Of a DNA stretch of 64,000 bases, positions 25,092 to 37,564 are shown piece by piece. The stretch is from Lytechinus pictus (Eukaryota), in the NCBI RefSeq assembly GCF_037042905.1, contig NC_087252.1, positions 3,164,001-3,228,000 on the forward strand, given 5' to 3'. Within the stretch, counting starts at the first letter, position 1; each line of letters opens with the position of its first letter. Below the pieces are notes generated by a model that was given only the letters and a program-made list of their open reading frames with translations, had not been told where the DNA came from and searched no databases. The position numbers and the translations under genes are program-made.

Positions 25092-27873
25092 TAGTCAAGT
25101 GGAACCCCAACAGAACCGTCAAGCAACTTTTTGCTGGAAATTGTAGTATAGGGTGTCTACTGCAATATTCCGACGGGTGCCACCTGGGCACACTAGGGCA
25201 TTTTGTTTTGATTGACGTCATAGGCCACGCCCACTTATCACATACCTTTAAAAGGGCCTAACCACTGACAAATCATTAGGAAATAGAGTCAATACGAAAT
25301 TTGCAAAAGGTCAAATGACTTGCACAATATGATCCGTCCGTCATGAGCGCCCGTCGGACTAATGCGATAAAAGTTCGGACAGCACAAATTTGACCGAACT
25401 CGTGATGGTTATTTACTTCGGATCATCGCAGTTCCAGTTTCCAACAATCCCAATTCCTAGACTCATAGCAGTTCTCTTGATTGCTAAACCAAAATAAATA
25501 ATCTCTGTGAAGTTACATGTTTCAAAGTGAAAACACACAGTTTACTTCTGGTTTGTTAGTCTACTAACTATTGCTCTCCTATAGACCTCCCAGACATGCC
25601 GGCGTATATTACATAACACCCCAGGCATGCAGCCGAGTGAAAGATCTTACATCCCTTCTCCGTTCTGAGATTAGCCTTGATTTCCCTATGATTTGTCAAT
25701 GAAAGTTTGCTGTAAATATGATTTTCATATATTACGGAATTAACATGTCATGTTTGGTATCAAATTAAAGCTAATAAAAACTGAAATGCAAATTTGAGGA
25801 TACCTGCGCATCTAAATCACGCATAAGTCAGTTAAAATTAATTTAAGGTCATAAAAGGTCAAATTGCCCTACAAATGTAAGTAAGACATATAATGCGGAA
25901 CAAACCATGCTTTAAATACAAGCAAGTTATATGCATTTTTTTGCAAAGGTTAAGTTTGAGAGTGTGCATATTAAGATGCCAGAGCTGTGTTACTTTGTTT
26001 CACACTTGCAGTATGAACTATGAAATATATGATTCGACGGCCGACCAGCAACTGCATTAATCCTTAAAAGTTATAGAACAGGGTGACGCTGACTTGTATC
26101 GACAAGGAAGTTCTTTTAATTCCTTGGTAACAACCACTGTGTCATGAACAAGTACGGGTAGGCCCAGTGACCTGTTCCATGTACTATCAGCTATCTTCTG
26201 AAGATGTAATGACAGTAGAAGCATATACATTTTTTTTCTCCGACGACACTGACATTTCTGTTCTACCAGTTATCTCATTTTTGGTTTATAAGTCATTTGA
26301 ATGCTGATGGAAAAGTAATTGACATTAAAGGTATTGCATTGAAGTTTGTAGAAAAAAGCTAGCTTTGCACAGACAATTCCCTATCAGTTTGTGATACCAC
26401 ATTGTGTCAATTCGGCAAGTTTTCCACTCTAAACTTGCTGTTCGAATAAGATCTTAATCTATAGAGTCCGATGCAGAAGAAGTGGACTGGATCAATTAAA
26501 TGTGTAATACTCATACTTTTCATCTTTAATAACTAATATAACAAATTACGGTCTTTCTAAAATTACTAAGCACTACTTTACATTATTTAGCAAGAAGACA
26601 TATGCTTCAAAGATCATGAGCCTACCCCCAACTGACAAGTCAGCAAAAGAGCATGATTATCAATGGTGCTCTTCCTCAGGAGCTTTATCTGGAGAGTAAC
26701 TGATCCAAATGACTCCCCTGCAACTTGCCTCCCATGTATGGATGGGAAGTATAGGTTGGGAGGGCTCTCCTGTACTCCCAAGGAATTATCAGAACTTGCT
26801 CCATGTGGATTTGAATCGGGATCATGTACCATGCTCTAGGCTAAGCATTTGCCACTTATCATGTATCGAATGTAAAAAGTATAATTCTAAATACAAGGAA
26901 AACTGAACATGCAGTTGAGACTTCAGAGGAGGAAATCAGTCTGGAAGATGAATGAGAGAACAAAATGTAGTGAAGTTAGGATTATGTAAAATGTCAAATT
27001 TTTCTAATTGGATACTTGTCTAAGAATGTGAATTGTGTTGTAGAAGTTATTTTTTTAGGTGTATTGGCTTATGTGAAAAGTGGGCGTGGTTCGTGACGTC
27101 AGAAAATGAAAATTGCCACAGGGTGAGGAGGTAGAACCCGTCACATCCTCAATGTACACACCATCAACCAAACATGAGATATTCCACATTATATGTTGCA
27201 TTAATTACATTTGTGGCACAATTTGACCTTTTCTAACCTTAAATTACCTTTAATTGCCCTGGAAAAAAGTTTTAAATGCCTCTAGTGATGCATGTATGTG
27301 GATTTTATTTTGAATTTGATTTGATTCGATATCAAACATGATAAGGTTATTCCGCTAAATATTTATAAGGAATGTAAGAAAGCTGGTGTGGTTTATGACC
27401 TCACAAAAAAATTACTCTAGATGCCAAAGTACCACCGGTCGGATTCTTGATATGCACACCCTCAGCTTAACCTTTGCCAATAAAATCACATGATATCCAA
27501 CTTCCACATCATATGTATTACTTACATTTGAAAGGAAGTTTGTGCTTTCATGAAATTAAATGACCTTTAAGTGATTTATGCGTGATTCAAATGTCCATTC
27601 ATCCAAAAATTTACATTAGATTTTCTATTAGCTTTAATTTGATACCAAACATGACATGTTTATTCATTAAAATTTGAAATTCATATTTAAGAGGTATGTG
27701 AAAAAGTGGGCGTGGCCTATGACGTCAATAAAAAAGAAATGCCCAAGGGTGCCAAGGTGGCACCCATCGGACTCTTGAATTAGACATCCCCATACCACAA
27801 CTTCTAGCAAAGAAATCGCAGTCATACCCGATTTGACGGTCATGCAATAATTTTGATCATATCTACCCGACTA
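25092..27873 (+). mobile_element. Decayed, internally deleted Academ DNA transposon
   Basis: TAG...CTA termini; 3-bp TSD CGA/TGA (consistent with CpG decay); long imperfect TIRs (25174-25250 vs 27686-27766; 25715-25910 vs 27500-27690). Remnant motifs SDDTDISVL (26239), LSVCDTT (26381), FIWR (26684), LPPMYGWE (26725). Confidence 0.75.
25251..25712. mobile_element. MITE nested in the left Academ TIR (TA-flanked, Tc1/mariner-like)
   Basis: Inverted CACTGACAAATCATTAGGAAAT / ATTTCCCTATGATTTGTCAATG. Removing it restores the match to the right Academ TIR (CACATACCT.TTAAATATG). Confidence 0.65.
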
Positions 27874-28752
27874 TGATCACTATAGTGGGAAATGTATTAT
27901 CCCTGAAACACAAAAATAAACTGAATGAAATTAAACAAACTATATATAACTAACGTAAAAATAAAACAGACCATTGTCAGACTATCTTTTCTCGGGATCC
28001 TTTATTTATTTTGCAATGATTTGTGCTTTCCTGACATATCTTGGGGAACCTTTTGAGTGACTTTGGGTAAGGAGTGGAAAAGGATTTAACACATCAAATG
28101 AAACATTTATACAAACTTCAAAACCTTCAAGGCTATGAATAGTTTTTAGTTTTGCTTTTGTTTTTTAATAATTGATACTTTCAAGCATTATCTATTTCTA
28201 GAAAGTGAAACATGTCACCCCTTCAAGAGGAGATGTAAAGAGGTCAACCAAGCACTTCCTTTAAGTGAAGTGTATATGTTTAAGGCAAGAATCGTCACAA
28301 TGGAACATGTCATATTTTGCTTCAGGGAAATGAATCCCTGAAACTTAATGTTCATCTCAAAGTTCAAGTATGACTTCCACCCCCCATTTTTCGGGGAAGG
28401 GGGGGGGGGGTATTCATGGTATTGGAATGCATGTTAAGTGACATTCATTTTCTCACTTAATTGTGTGCTATGCATTCTGATATAACCTGAGAACACTCAG
28501 ATTCATTACCTCAAATCAAGTTTGTGATCTGTTTGTGAAGTATTAAGAGTGGTGTGCCATATTTTCTTGGAAATGTGAAAAAAAATGTGCAAGTAAATAT
28601 AAACTGAAATTATTGACCCCCTATGGGCCCCTAACTAGAAAAAAATAACAACAAACACATAAACATAATAAAATTAGCACTTCATACAGAGAAATACGAT
28701 TGATTACATTTTGTTTGCATAAAACTGCATCATAACTGTTCATCATTACACA

Positions 28753-29044
28753 CACTGTTAAAAAACCCTGATTTTACATAAAAACAAGATTTTGCGGAAA
28801 GCAATAACACAATCATTCTGTAAATTCATAAAACGTTTTTGTTTACAATTTACCAGAACAGGTCTGTTTAAAAAGGGGAAAATGGAGTTATTTAAGGAAA
28901 TTAGTAAGGTTCCATACACCAAATACCAATTTCCTGTAATTTTACATGATATAATGTAAGATTACGCAATCTGGTAAGATTACAGGAGTTCTCGAGACTG
29001 CTGCAGGAACTTCTTTTATTTTAAGGATACATTTTCTAACAGTG
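28753..29044. mobile_element. CACTG...CAGTG MITE (CMC/EnSpm-like) with 2-bp TSD
   Basis: CA|CACTGTTAAAAA ... TTTCTAACAGTG|CA. Confidence 0.75.
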
Positions 29045-29826
29045 CATAGTATTAGCTGCGTACTAATGCTCTTATCTGTGGAGTGGTATCAGTTTTGTTA
29101 ATATGTGTGAGTCTTACAATTATACTGATGCCTAAGTGTGAAATTGATATACGTTGATATATTACAATACATGTATATACATTGATCGTGGATTTGACTA
29201 GCCCTACATTATATACATAAATCACAATATCATTGCCACATCTGACCCGTTCACCGATGAGAGTATGTTACATTTGGTACTGATTAGTAGATTAATCTTT
29301 CTTTCTTAGGAAATATATTAAATCATGAATTTCTTTTCCGAAGTATCGCAAAACTATTCCACGCAAAAACTCTAATTTGTCCCTCGAATGCAGTAAAAAG
29401 TGTGGTGTGGAGAATGCATTATTTTATATACATTATTAACGCATATACGACTTTTAAACTATTTTTATTAAAAAAAAAATTCTCAATCATCTTGAGACAG
29501 TTTTTTTAAGACAAATGGATTTCATGACCTGGAATCAATCTTGATATTTAAAAAGAGAAACAAATATATAATGTTCATTTTGTCAAGTCCACGTTGACTA
29601 TGTAATAAATCTAGATTACAAATAGATTACCAATTCCTATACAATTTGTATTATGTCATCAGATATATTTGTATTTCTTTAAATGTATGTTCCGAAACAA
29701 TACTAATTCGCTCATTTGGTGATATGTTTACGGTCTATTCTAACTATTTAAACCGCAAACCAGTAATTTTTCTAGCTATGGAATATGACAACTTTTCAAT
29801 TCAATCATTGGAAAAAAGAAAAAAAA

Positions 29827-30168
29827 TCATAAATATGTGGTGATCACCGAATCGATACCTTCTGACGCAATTCCTCTCTTGGGAAATGTTGTATGACCTG
29901 AACAGGATATGTATCCCCCGTCACAGAAATTCAACTTTTGTTGAAGTATGGCATCTAAAGTTGAACCCCCTTGCAGTGATGAAGCACATGCTGATTGTGT
30001 CGTATGTAGAAAAGAAGAGTTACCAGGTTCACTGGTTTGATGATTGGGTGGAATACCAGAGTGAGCTAATGGCATCATCTCCATGTATTCGTGAGAATCC
30101 TGGATGGTTTGCTTAGGAACCACATCACTTCGGGAAACAGCGGGATCTCCACCAACACCAGGTTTGGT
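29827..30168 (-). CDS. IgSF exon 7 (cytoplasmic, YMEM, terminal TTYL)
   Basis: aatgtag|TKPGVGGDPAVSRSDVVPKQTIQDSHEYMEMM...DSVITTYL*; in frame with ORF 29827..30123. Confidence 0.75.
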   Translation of the reverse strand, partial: TKPGVGGDPAVSRSDVVPKQTIQDSHEYMEMMPLAHSGIPPNHQTSEPGNSSFLHTTQSACASSLQGGSTLDAILQQKLNFCDGGYISCSGHTTFPKRGIASEGIDSVITTYL

Positions 30169-33100
30169 CTACATTTAGGAAAAATGTATGAGATAGGAAA
30201 ATTTACTGAGTTACACCTTTAAAAGTTGACCTGGAATTCAAAATAGAAATTTATTATTTCATAACTAATATGCTCTTGCCGATAATTAAGAAACAATCAA
30301 GCTGTTCGCATGGCTGGATAAAATCTAATGGCCCTCTTATCTCCAATGAGTTTCGATTTGCATCAATTTAATCGTTGTAGATGCACAATGTATAAAATAA
30401 TGTCCTAAAGTGATACGATTTTTCCATATATATATACTATTATATTTATTTAAAATGTATAATTAGTAACATGTATATTAAAAAATGGCGTCGAAAATTG
30501 AGCATGATGATGATCAGCATGTGTATATATATTTTTATTATAAGTGTTGCTTTTTTTCGTCAACAATATCCAACGGAATAGTATAGCCATTTCATTTACC
30601 ATTGTACAATCCACATATGATTAAATGTTACAGACCTTACAAGATTATGTGATTTGGTATTGTCGCTAATCTAGAGTGGATACTATTCAAGTATATATTC
30701 TGTTTTATGTAGAAAATAGAGCTTGATCATGATGATTTTACATGCACAATTTACTGAGCAACAGCTTTAATTTGTATTACAATATTCCGCGACCAAAATT
30801 GTCTTGCGATGAATAAAAAAGATCCAGTTGTCAGTACGTCTGTAGATGATGTAGATGGACATCTATCGCCTCAAAAGAGTTTCGATTTGCATCAACTTAA
30901 TAATCGTTTAAGATGTGTCATATATATAAAAAGTCTGTATTTTACATATGATTAAATGTGACACAAAAATAAAACATTACATAATTTCGCATTGGTTTTA
31001 TTCTCGAATAGGTTTTATTGAAATATATTTTTAGTTTTACTTAAAAATTCGGTGTAAAAAATTGATCAAGATCATGATAATTTTATCATTAATATTACAT
31101 GGATTGGTATTGCCAATTATATTTACCATGTTGAAATCCGCATAAAGGGATTCGTAGTTCGAGTCCGTCTGGCATGTCTGGTGGATGGCGGTCACTGACA
31201 CTCCATCGACTATGTCTGCGTCCCCTGCTACATGAAAAGAAAATTTGAAAATGCAAGAAATTTAGGGAGATTTCATTAAAAAACATATTGTATATATGTA
31301 CATAATGTTTTGATTACATGTATTGTCCTCGAAGAAATGTGTAATCAACGTGAACAAATAATTAGAAAGAGAGGCACTTTAATATTCTGATATCATGGTT
31401 AGATATAGCAACTATAGCAAATTATTATTATTTATTATTATTATTATTTTGATTCGGCAATGAAACGTATACTAAATTGGTACAATGAAATAGAAAACAT
31501 AATGAATATAACAGAGTATGGATTGAGCACCCACTGGACTGCCAAGATCAAATAAAGTTAACTGATGTATTAATAGTGAAATAATAAATCTAGACAACAG
31601 ATACGCTGAGAATCACCAGAAGATCGCCAACAAAGAAACAAAAAATCTACATTGACAGAAGAATCGTTTCATCGGGAGCATGCAATGGCAAATAACTAAT
31701 TGGTAATTTCAAAGTCATCTGGCGCAAACAAAACAAAACCAATTTTGTTTCCTTCTAATCTCTCGTTGCAAATTGCGTTAAAGTGCACATGATGTGCATG
31801 TTGAGCTTATCATGCTTATTAACGTTGAATATGAGTCCAAACTGGCTCAATTTTGTTTGAATTGGCCAAAAAGTCAAATGACATTTCTTGTAAATACATT
31901 AAAGTGATTGGTTAACATTGGTTTGACTTTTAAAAAATCTGAGCTAGAAGGTCACACTTGTCACCTGTTTCTGTGATATGTTACAAAAATGAAGCCCAGA
32001 AAAAATTGCGTTCGAAAATAATTATTTAGTGCTTCAAAAACTGAAATATAAAGTGACCGAAAACACCATCTTAATTTCATCCCATACACTTATGTGTACT
32101 ATTTAGGCGTCTATAAGACGCCTATTTACAAAATCGGGGTTTGCCTCATAGTTTTAGCTTTTTATTCTCAATACTGGCTATTTTCAGGGTTTATTAGTTC
32201 TAATACATGCACTTGTACACATGTTTCATCTTGGTTTGAGAATTTTTTAAAACGGCTGCTCACAAAGTTAAACAATACCTTTAATAAAACAGTTGCGATG
32301 AATTATATAAATGGTTATGGTTATAGCTATATAATAGCCTTGTAATCACCATGTTCATATACAATTCCCATAGACATGATAGACTACAGCAAATATCACC
32401 AGCTTTTGTTCCTTAGAAAAGACCAGTTTATGCATACTTTCATAGATTTCAGATTTAAATTTCTGTGTCATTAATAATTAAACAACTTAAACAAATTTGA
32501 TATCACATGGATATTTCTTGATTAAATAATTGAACATAAAAAATCACCTATATCTGTGTTATGTTGTAAACACTTGCGAGAAACCGTTACTGCAATTAGG
32601 CCCAGAATCATTGCACTTAATGATCCTCCCAAGATGTATATAACTATATGAAGCAGAGCACAGTTGTCTAGAGTCAAAACATAAAATTACATGTTATTTC
32701 TTCTGACAATTATAAATATTAAGTTTTCCCAAAATTGCATGCGAGCCAAGCCAAATATATATATGTCTTACCATTTCACCTCTTTCAGTAATGATATAGT
32801 TCAAACGATGTGACAATACAACCAGAATAGTTAGGTGATCAAAAATAATTGTAAAACAACCTATGTCAATTTAGATGTTGTCTGTATAGGATATTAGCAC
32901 TGAAATTCAAATTAACAAAACAGATAACTCTTAAGACACATTGCTTATTAGGTAGCCTTTACGGGAGCATTCATGTAAATGAAATATTGTAAATTAAACT
33001 CTGTGAGCCATTCATTAAAGAATTGATATATATATATTAATCTTCCTTTGGAATGCCTGAAAGTATTAAAGGTTATTCTGGGAACGTATTCTTGTATTCA

Positions 33101-36100
33101 TTTGCGAGTACTCTAAACGAGCAATGTCATGAGATTTTTGTTATGGCATATAATTTCCTCAATCATTATTGATCCGTAAATTAAAATCGGTATCAAAGCA
33201 CGCGATGCCAACAATGAAATAATGATCAATGGAATAATAATAGTAATAATAAAATGACAATTATGGTGATAATACCAATAACAATAACGAATGAATATAA
33301 ATATGCTAAGAATGAAACCTTTAACGAAACAAAATGCCTTGTACTGTAAGTTTGAAAACTGATATTAAATAGTAAGCTTTGACCCATTGGCGAATACCAA
33401 ACATGACGGAACAATTTATTGTTATTCATTATATGGGATGGCAAGTACAATTTCAAACAACTTATCAATAATCATGTTAATCTCATAAAAAAAAATAATA
33501 CTGCGGTCTACAGCCAATGACCTCCATCTACTCATGCGCAATCTGTAATTACGAAATGGCACATTCAGTCATATTTAGCAAACGAAATAAAATAAAAACA
33601 ATATCAACCTTGTGCTTCTTCATCACTTGCCAGACTTGGATTACTTTTCTCAGGAGTTGTCGCAAGATATCTGATTGGGTGACTTGTTCCTACATATTTT
33701 GGGAAACAAAAAGAGTGCTTAATGTTAACATTCAAACTATTATCAACTGTATTAAAAAATACCCTTGATTGCATTCGTCATGTAACGTCATTACTTGTGT
33801 CCAGGATCCTCTAATAATCAAGGGGAACCTATGTATTGCTACATGTATATTGAAAATCGAATAACATAGATATAGCAAAAAATGTCTAATAAAATGAAAT
33901 CCTGACCTGAGATGGAACAGATTGTTTACCATTTGAATTTCGCACTCGTCGCACTCGTTTTAAGAACATAATGTTGGAATTCATTATCATGAAACATCTC
34001 TCTCTAGACAAATTTTTCGAGAGCGAATCACTAGCGGATATTTGATTTTACGCATTTATACCTGTAAATGAGACATCTGCAATTACTAGCTCGTATCAAA
34101 TAAATGCCATAAACGCAAGCGTATATTTTGTATAAACTGACCCCCAAAATAAAGGCAATTTTAGCGATCGTTTGTAACAATTCTTAAAAAAATAATATTC
34201 ATACACTTATAAAACAAATAATACTGGTGCAATATGAATAATGCAAATTCCGTTATCAATCTCTGTCGGTTGTTTACATAAATATAAATAGGAGAAAAAC
34301 TGGGAATGGTTCGAGGAAAAAAAGGAAACAAAAGAAAAAAAAAAATATTTTCATATTAGCAGAGGCGACAATTAGAACAGATTTACCTGTTTACTGTACA
34401 TCTCTTCTGTGAAATATATAATAGAAGGGGAATACCTGTAAAATACATGTAGCTTTCATGTGACCAAGGAAAAAAAATTGGGAGAACGAAGGGAACAAGA
34501 TATTCACTTGTGGTAAATGACAGTACACAATTACAGCAGTAGAATTTCGATATTTGTATCAAATTAAAAGTGGAACAAAAAATAATGTTGTTAATCTTCA
34601 TTGAATTCCACAGTGATTATGTAAAATGAAATAACTACACGTAATCTCTTTAATACAGGGTACAATCTAATTTTCCTGCCAATGCTGAAAACAAATGTTC
34701 ACACATTGCTTTGAAAAAAAAATCACTAATTAAACTCATTGACTGATTACCTTCATTTCTTATGATGACTGATGTTGTTATGTTACGATACGATTCGTTC
34801 GCCACCCTACACACTACCTCAAGCTCATCAGTACCGTTGTATACTGGTGTGAAGACGATAGTTCGTGTAGGCACTGTGAGTCGTCCATCATGGGGAACAT
34901 TCACATTCTCTTGTAAATCATCATATATATTTATTCCATCTGATACATCCCATTCCAAACTGACTGGTGGTTTTACTGATCCATTGGTTTTGCAGACAAA
35001 TGTCCTATTTTCCCCTTCTGCAACCGTGAGTAGACTTTGATTATGTAGAACGGCTTGGTCAACTTTGTCGATTACAATAAGTCCTTTAGGTGGAACTGAA
35101 ATCATTTAAAGATATGCTCTTGAAAGGTAATTATTGTGGTGTTATTATTTTTTATGTGCAACTGATTTAGAAATTTGCTCATCATGCATGTCATGATATT
35201 AAGCCAGTTCACTGTTAGCTGATGACTTTTCTCAAATTACCTTTGCGATTTTTCAGTAGGATGAGCACTAACATTTTCAAATGTAGATGTTGCGTAAGTT
35301 TTCCCGGCAAAGCATTCAAATTCTACGAATGAAAGGCATTGCATACATGGTATAGAGCAGGTGACTAGAATAGTACATCAGGGGTAAAGTTTTTTTTTTA
35401 TCTGCTTGTTTTATTGTCTGCTTCTGGCACATTTTGACTATAGTTTCGGCTACTGTTAAATTCCAGTTATTATAAAGACTTTGTTACTCTTCAGCTTGGA
35501 TGTGATGAAAAAAATATTTTAAAAGTAATACATGAATAATCATCAAATCACAAATGCCTATGTCAGTAAATTTGAAAACCGCCTTCATGGTTCATCGCAA
35601 ATTAACTTTTACTGCTTGTGCGCAGTTTGCAAACGTGAACAGGCTTATAGGAATATGCTGATAGGGAAAGGTTTCTATAACTTCATTATATATGATATCT
35701 TTTATTGTATTATAGCATGTCAGTATTTAATGTTTGGCCTATGATGTTCTTTCCGCAGGTAAAATTTAGAACATAATCATGATTATACAAACGATGATTG
35801 TAATAAAAAAAAAATTGATACAATTATGACAATGAAAAAAAGATTATTTTTAAAGGTAATTGGTGTAATAAAATAACAGGCATTCAATATATCCATAAAC
35901 TTGATATTGCCAAAAAATGATTTAGTGAAATAGATACCATTCACTGTCAGGCTGATGCAACATGTCTTTTTTGCCGGAGCTGTCGCAGTAACAGAAAATA
36001 TATCCTCATCAGCAAATGAAGTGTTTCTTATTGTCAAATTACTGACAAGCCCATGGTTCATTCCAAGCGTATGTACCGCTGTGTTCTTTCGGCATTTTGT

Positions 36101-36937
36101 TTTGGCATACTGGGAGCAAAAATATATTGCCGATCCATCACTCCTTTTCCAAGAAATAAAGTCTATTGAGTCTATATCACCTTCAAAATCGCATAACAGG
36201 TGAACGCTCTCTCCAGCATTTACCTTGAAATACCTGAGTTGATTACCTAAAAGAGCAAAAGAACAAAATATACATGTAATAATCGTATTTGCATTGCATA
36301 GGATGCGACTAAATATATATATATATATATTTTTTTTTTTTCTTCAATATTTTCAAAATAATATTTGGAGTAAGATAAAAGAACTAACTGCATAAAATGC
36401 CTTGTTCATTGGTCGAGCTGGGAACAGAACCTTATGTTTTAATGGTTGTCGGGTACTTTGGACCTCTCAGACACGCCACCTCTGTCCTATTACAAGATGA
36501 TGAGATTATTATTTTTAATTCTATCATGACATTGTATTGAATTTGTATGGGCCTAGAACAGAACGACAAATGTAGGTCAAGCGAAAACTGTTGAAAGATA
36601 GCAAGGCAGTAAAATATGCATTCATACGAATGGATTTGTTATTCCATGGAACTTTTTTAATGAATCGTAAATATAATAAAACGAAAATAAAACAACGAAA
36701 GATAAAAAAGGCATTTAGGTACAATTGTATTATATTACATTTGTACAAACGATATTCAGAGGGATAGCATATTTTTAGGTGCTGGGCAGTGAGACAACAA
36801 AGTAGGCCTAATCTAGAATTAAAGTGAGATAAAAAGCAATGTAGATAAAATAATTATTCACCGTATGCAAAGCCATATTCACTTTCACTGCAAACTCCCA
36901 TTCCATTAATGATAACGAAGAAAAATAACTGACGCAT
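29827..36937 (-). CDS. Type I membrane Ig-superfamily receptor (signal peptide-V-C2-stalk-TM-cytoplasmic tail), 7 coding exons, 457 aa; CTX/nectin/B7-like architecture
   Basis: Exons 36937-36862, 36246-35938, 35095-34751, 33689-33609, 32667-32548, 31227-31127, 30168-29827; all GT-AG, phases 1,1,1,1,1,0; 1374 nt with no internal stop. Ig motifs LLC..ISW..SNLTIRN and FVC..LEW..VVCRV; TM IVIYILGGSLSAMILGLIAVTV. Confidence 0.85.
31127..31227 (-). CDS. IgSF exon 6 (cytoplasmic, SNYESL motif)
   Basis: catgtag|AGDADIVDGVSVTAIHQTCQTDSNYESLYADFNM|GTAAAT. Confidence 0.75.
31903..32280. mobile_element. Kolobok-like MITE (TTAA TSD) in IgSF intron 5
   Basis: TTAA|AGTGATTGGTTAACATTGG ... CACAAAGTTAAACAATACCT|TTAA. 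Confidence 0.7.
32548..32667 (-). CDS. IgSF exon 5 (transmembrane)
   Basis: ctctag|DNCALLHIVIYILGGSLSAMILGLIAVTVSRKCLQHNTDI G|GTGATT; 120 nt. Confidence 0.85.
33609..33689 (-). CDS. IgSF exon 4 (stalk)
   Basis: atgtag|GTSHPIRYLATTPEKSNPSLASDEEAQ G|GTTGAT; 81 nt, phase 1-1. Confidence 0.65.
34751..35095 (-). CDS. IgSF exon 3 (C2-type Ig domain)
   Basis: tttcag|VPPKG...AEGENRTFVCKTNGSVKPPVSLEW...EVVCRVAN...IRNE G|GTAATC. Confidence 0.88.
35938..36246 (-). CDS. IgSF exon 2 (V-type Ig domain)
   Basis: cttttag|GNQLRYFKVNAGESVHLLCDFEGDIDSIDFISWKRSDG...SNLTIRNTSFADEDIFSVTATAPAKKTCCISLTVN G|GTATCT. Confidence 0.85.
36862..36937 (-). CDS. IgSF exon 1 (signal peptide)
   Basis: MRQLFFFVIINGMGVCSESEYGFAY G|GTGAAT. 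An upstream cttcag acceptor suggests there may be a further 5' exon. Confidence 0.65.
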
Positions 36938-37144
36938 GATGAAAGCTGAAGATCGCACATTACCAAGGAAGAAAGACGACACATAATTTACCAAGTGAAT
37001 TGAAATGACGATGTACTCTACAAAAAAAGGAATGTTCTTCCAAAACAGAGAAAACATGAATGGACACTAAATAGTCAAGGTTGGCGCTATTTATGACTAA
37101 CATCAGTGGATCACACGCGTAAAACATTTCCATAAACATGATAA

Positions 37145-37561
37145 AGGTCACTGCACACCTTACGACTGTTCGCGATCCGATTTTGGAACAAATCGCACTT
37201 TCCTCATTTTCAGAAAATGTGAATGGAACATATCATTTTATTTGAGGTTAAAATTACTGGAAAGAATACTTATTTAACCATTTTGAAAGATCACATGCCT
37301 TTATTTTGGAGTAAAGGCCAAATTAGTTTCAAATCGTAGCAAATCGTGCGAATAATATGACGTCATAACGACTAGATGTCAAATTCGCTTTTATTCTAAG
37401 AAGGATGTTAGCATAGTCACATTATTTGAACACAGGTATTCGTACAATGATTTCGTACATTATATAGTAAGATATTCCAAGTGTCAATATTAGCATCAAA
37501 TTCTACTACCTTTTATTCCAAACTTTGGATCGCAAAACATTCGTAATAAGGGCGGTCATCT
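37145..37561. mobile_element. Harbinger-like MITE (TAA TSD) about 200 bp upstream of the IgSF ATG
   Basis: TAA|AGGTCACTGCACACCTTACGACTGTT ... AACATTCGTAATAAGGGCGGTCATCT|TAA. Confidence 0.6.
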
Positions 37562-37564
37562 TAA

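Noticed and set aside
30320..31090. ~530-bp spaced duplication in IgSF intron 6 as an alternative exon cassette
   Set aside because: AT-rich and diverged, with no open frame bounded by convincing splice sites.
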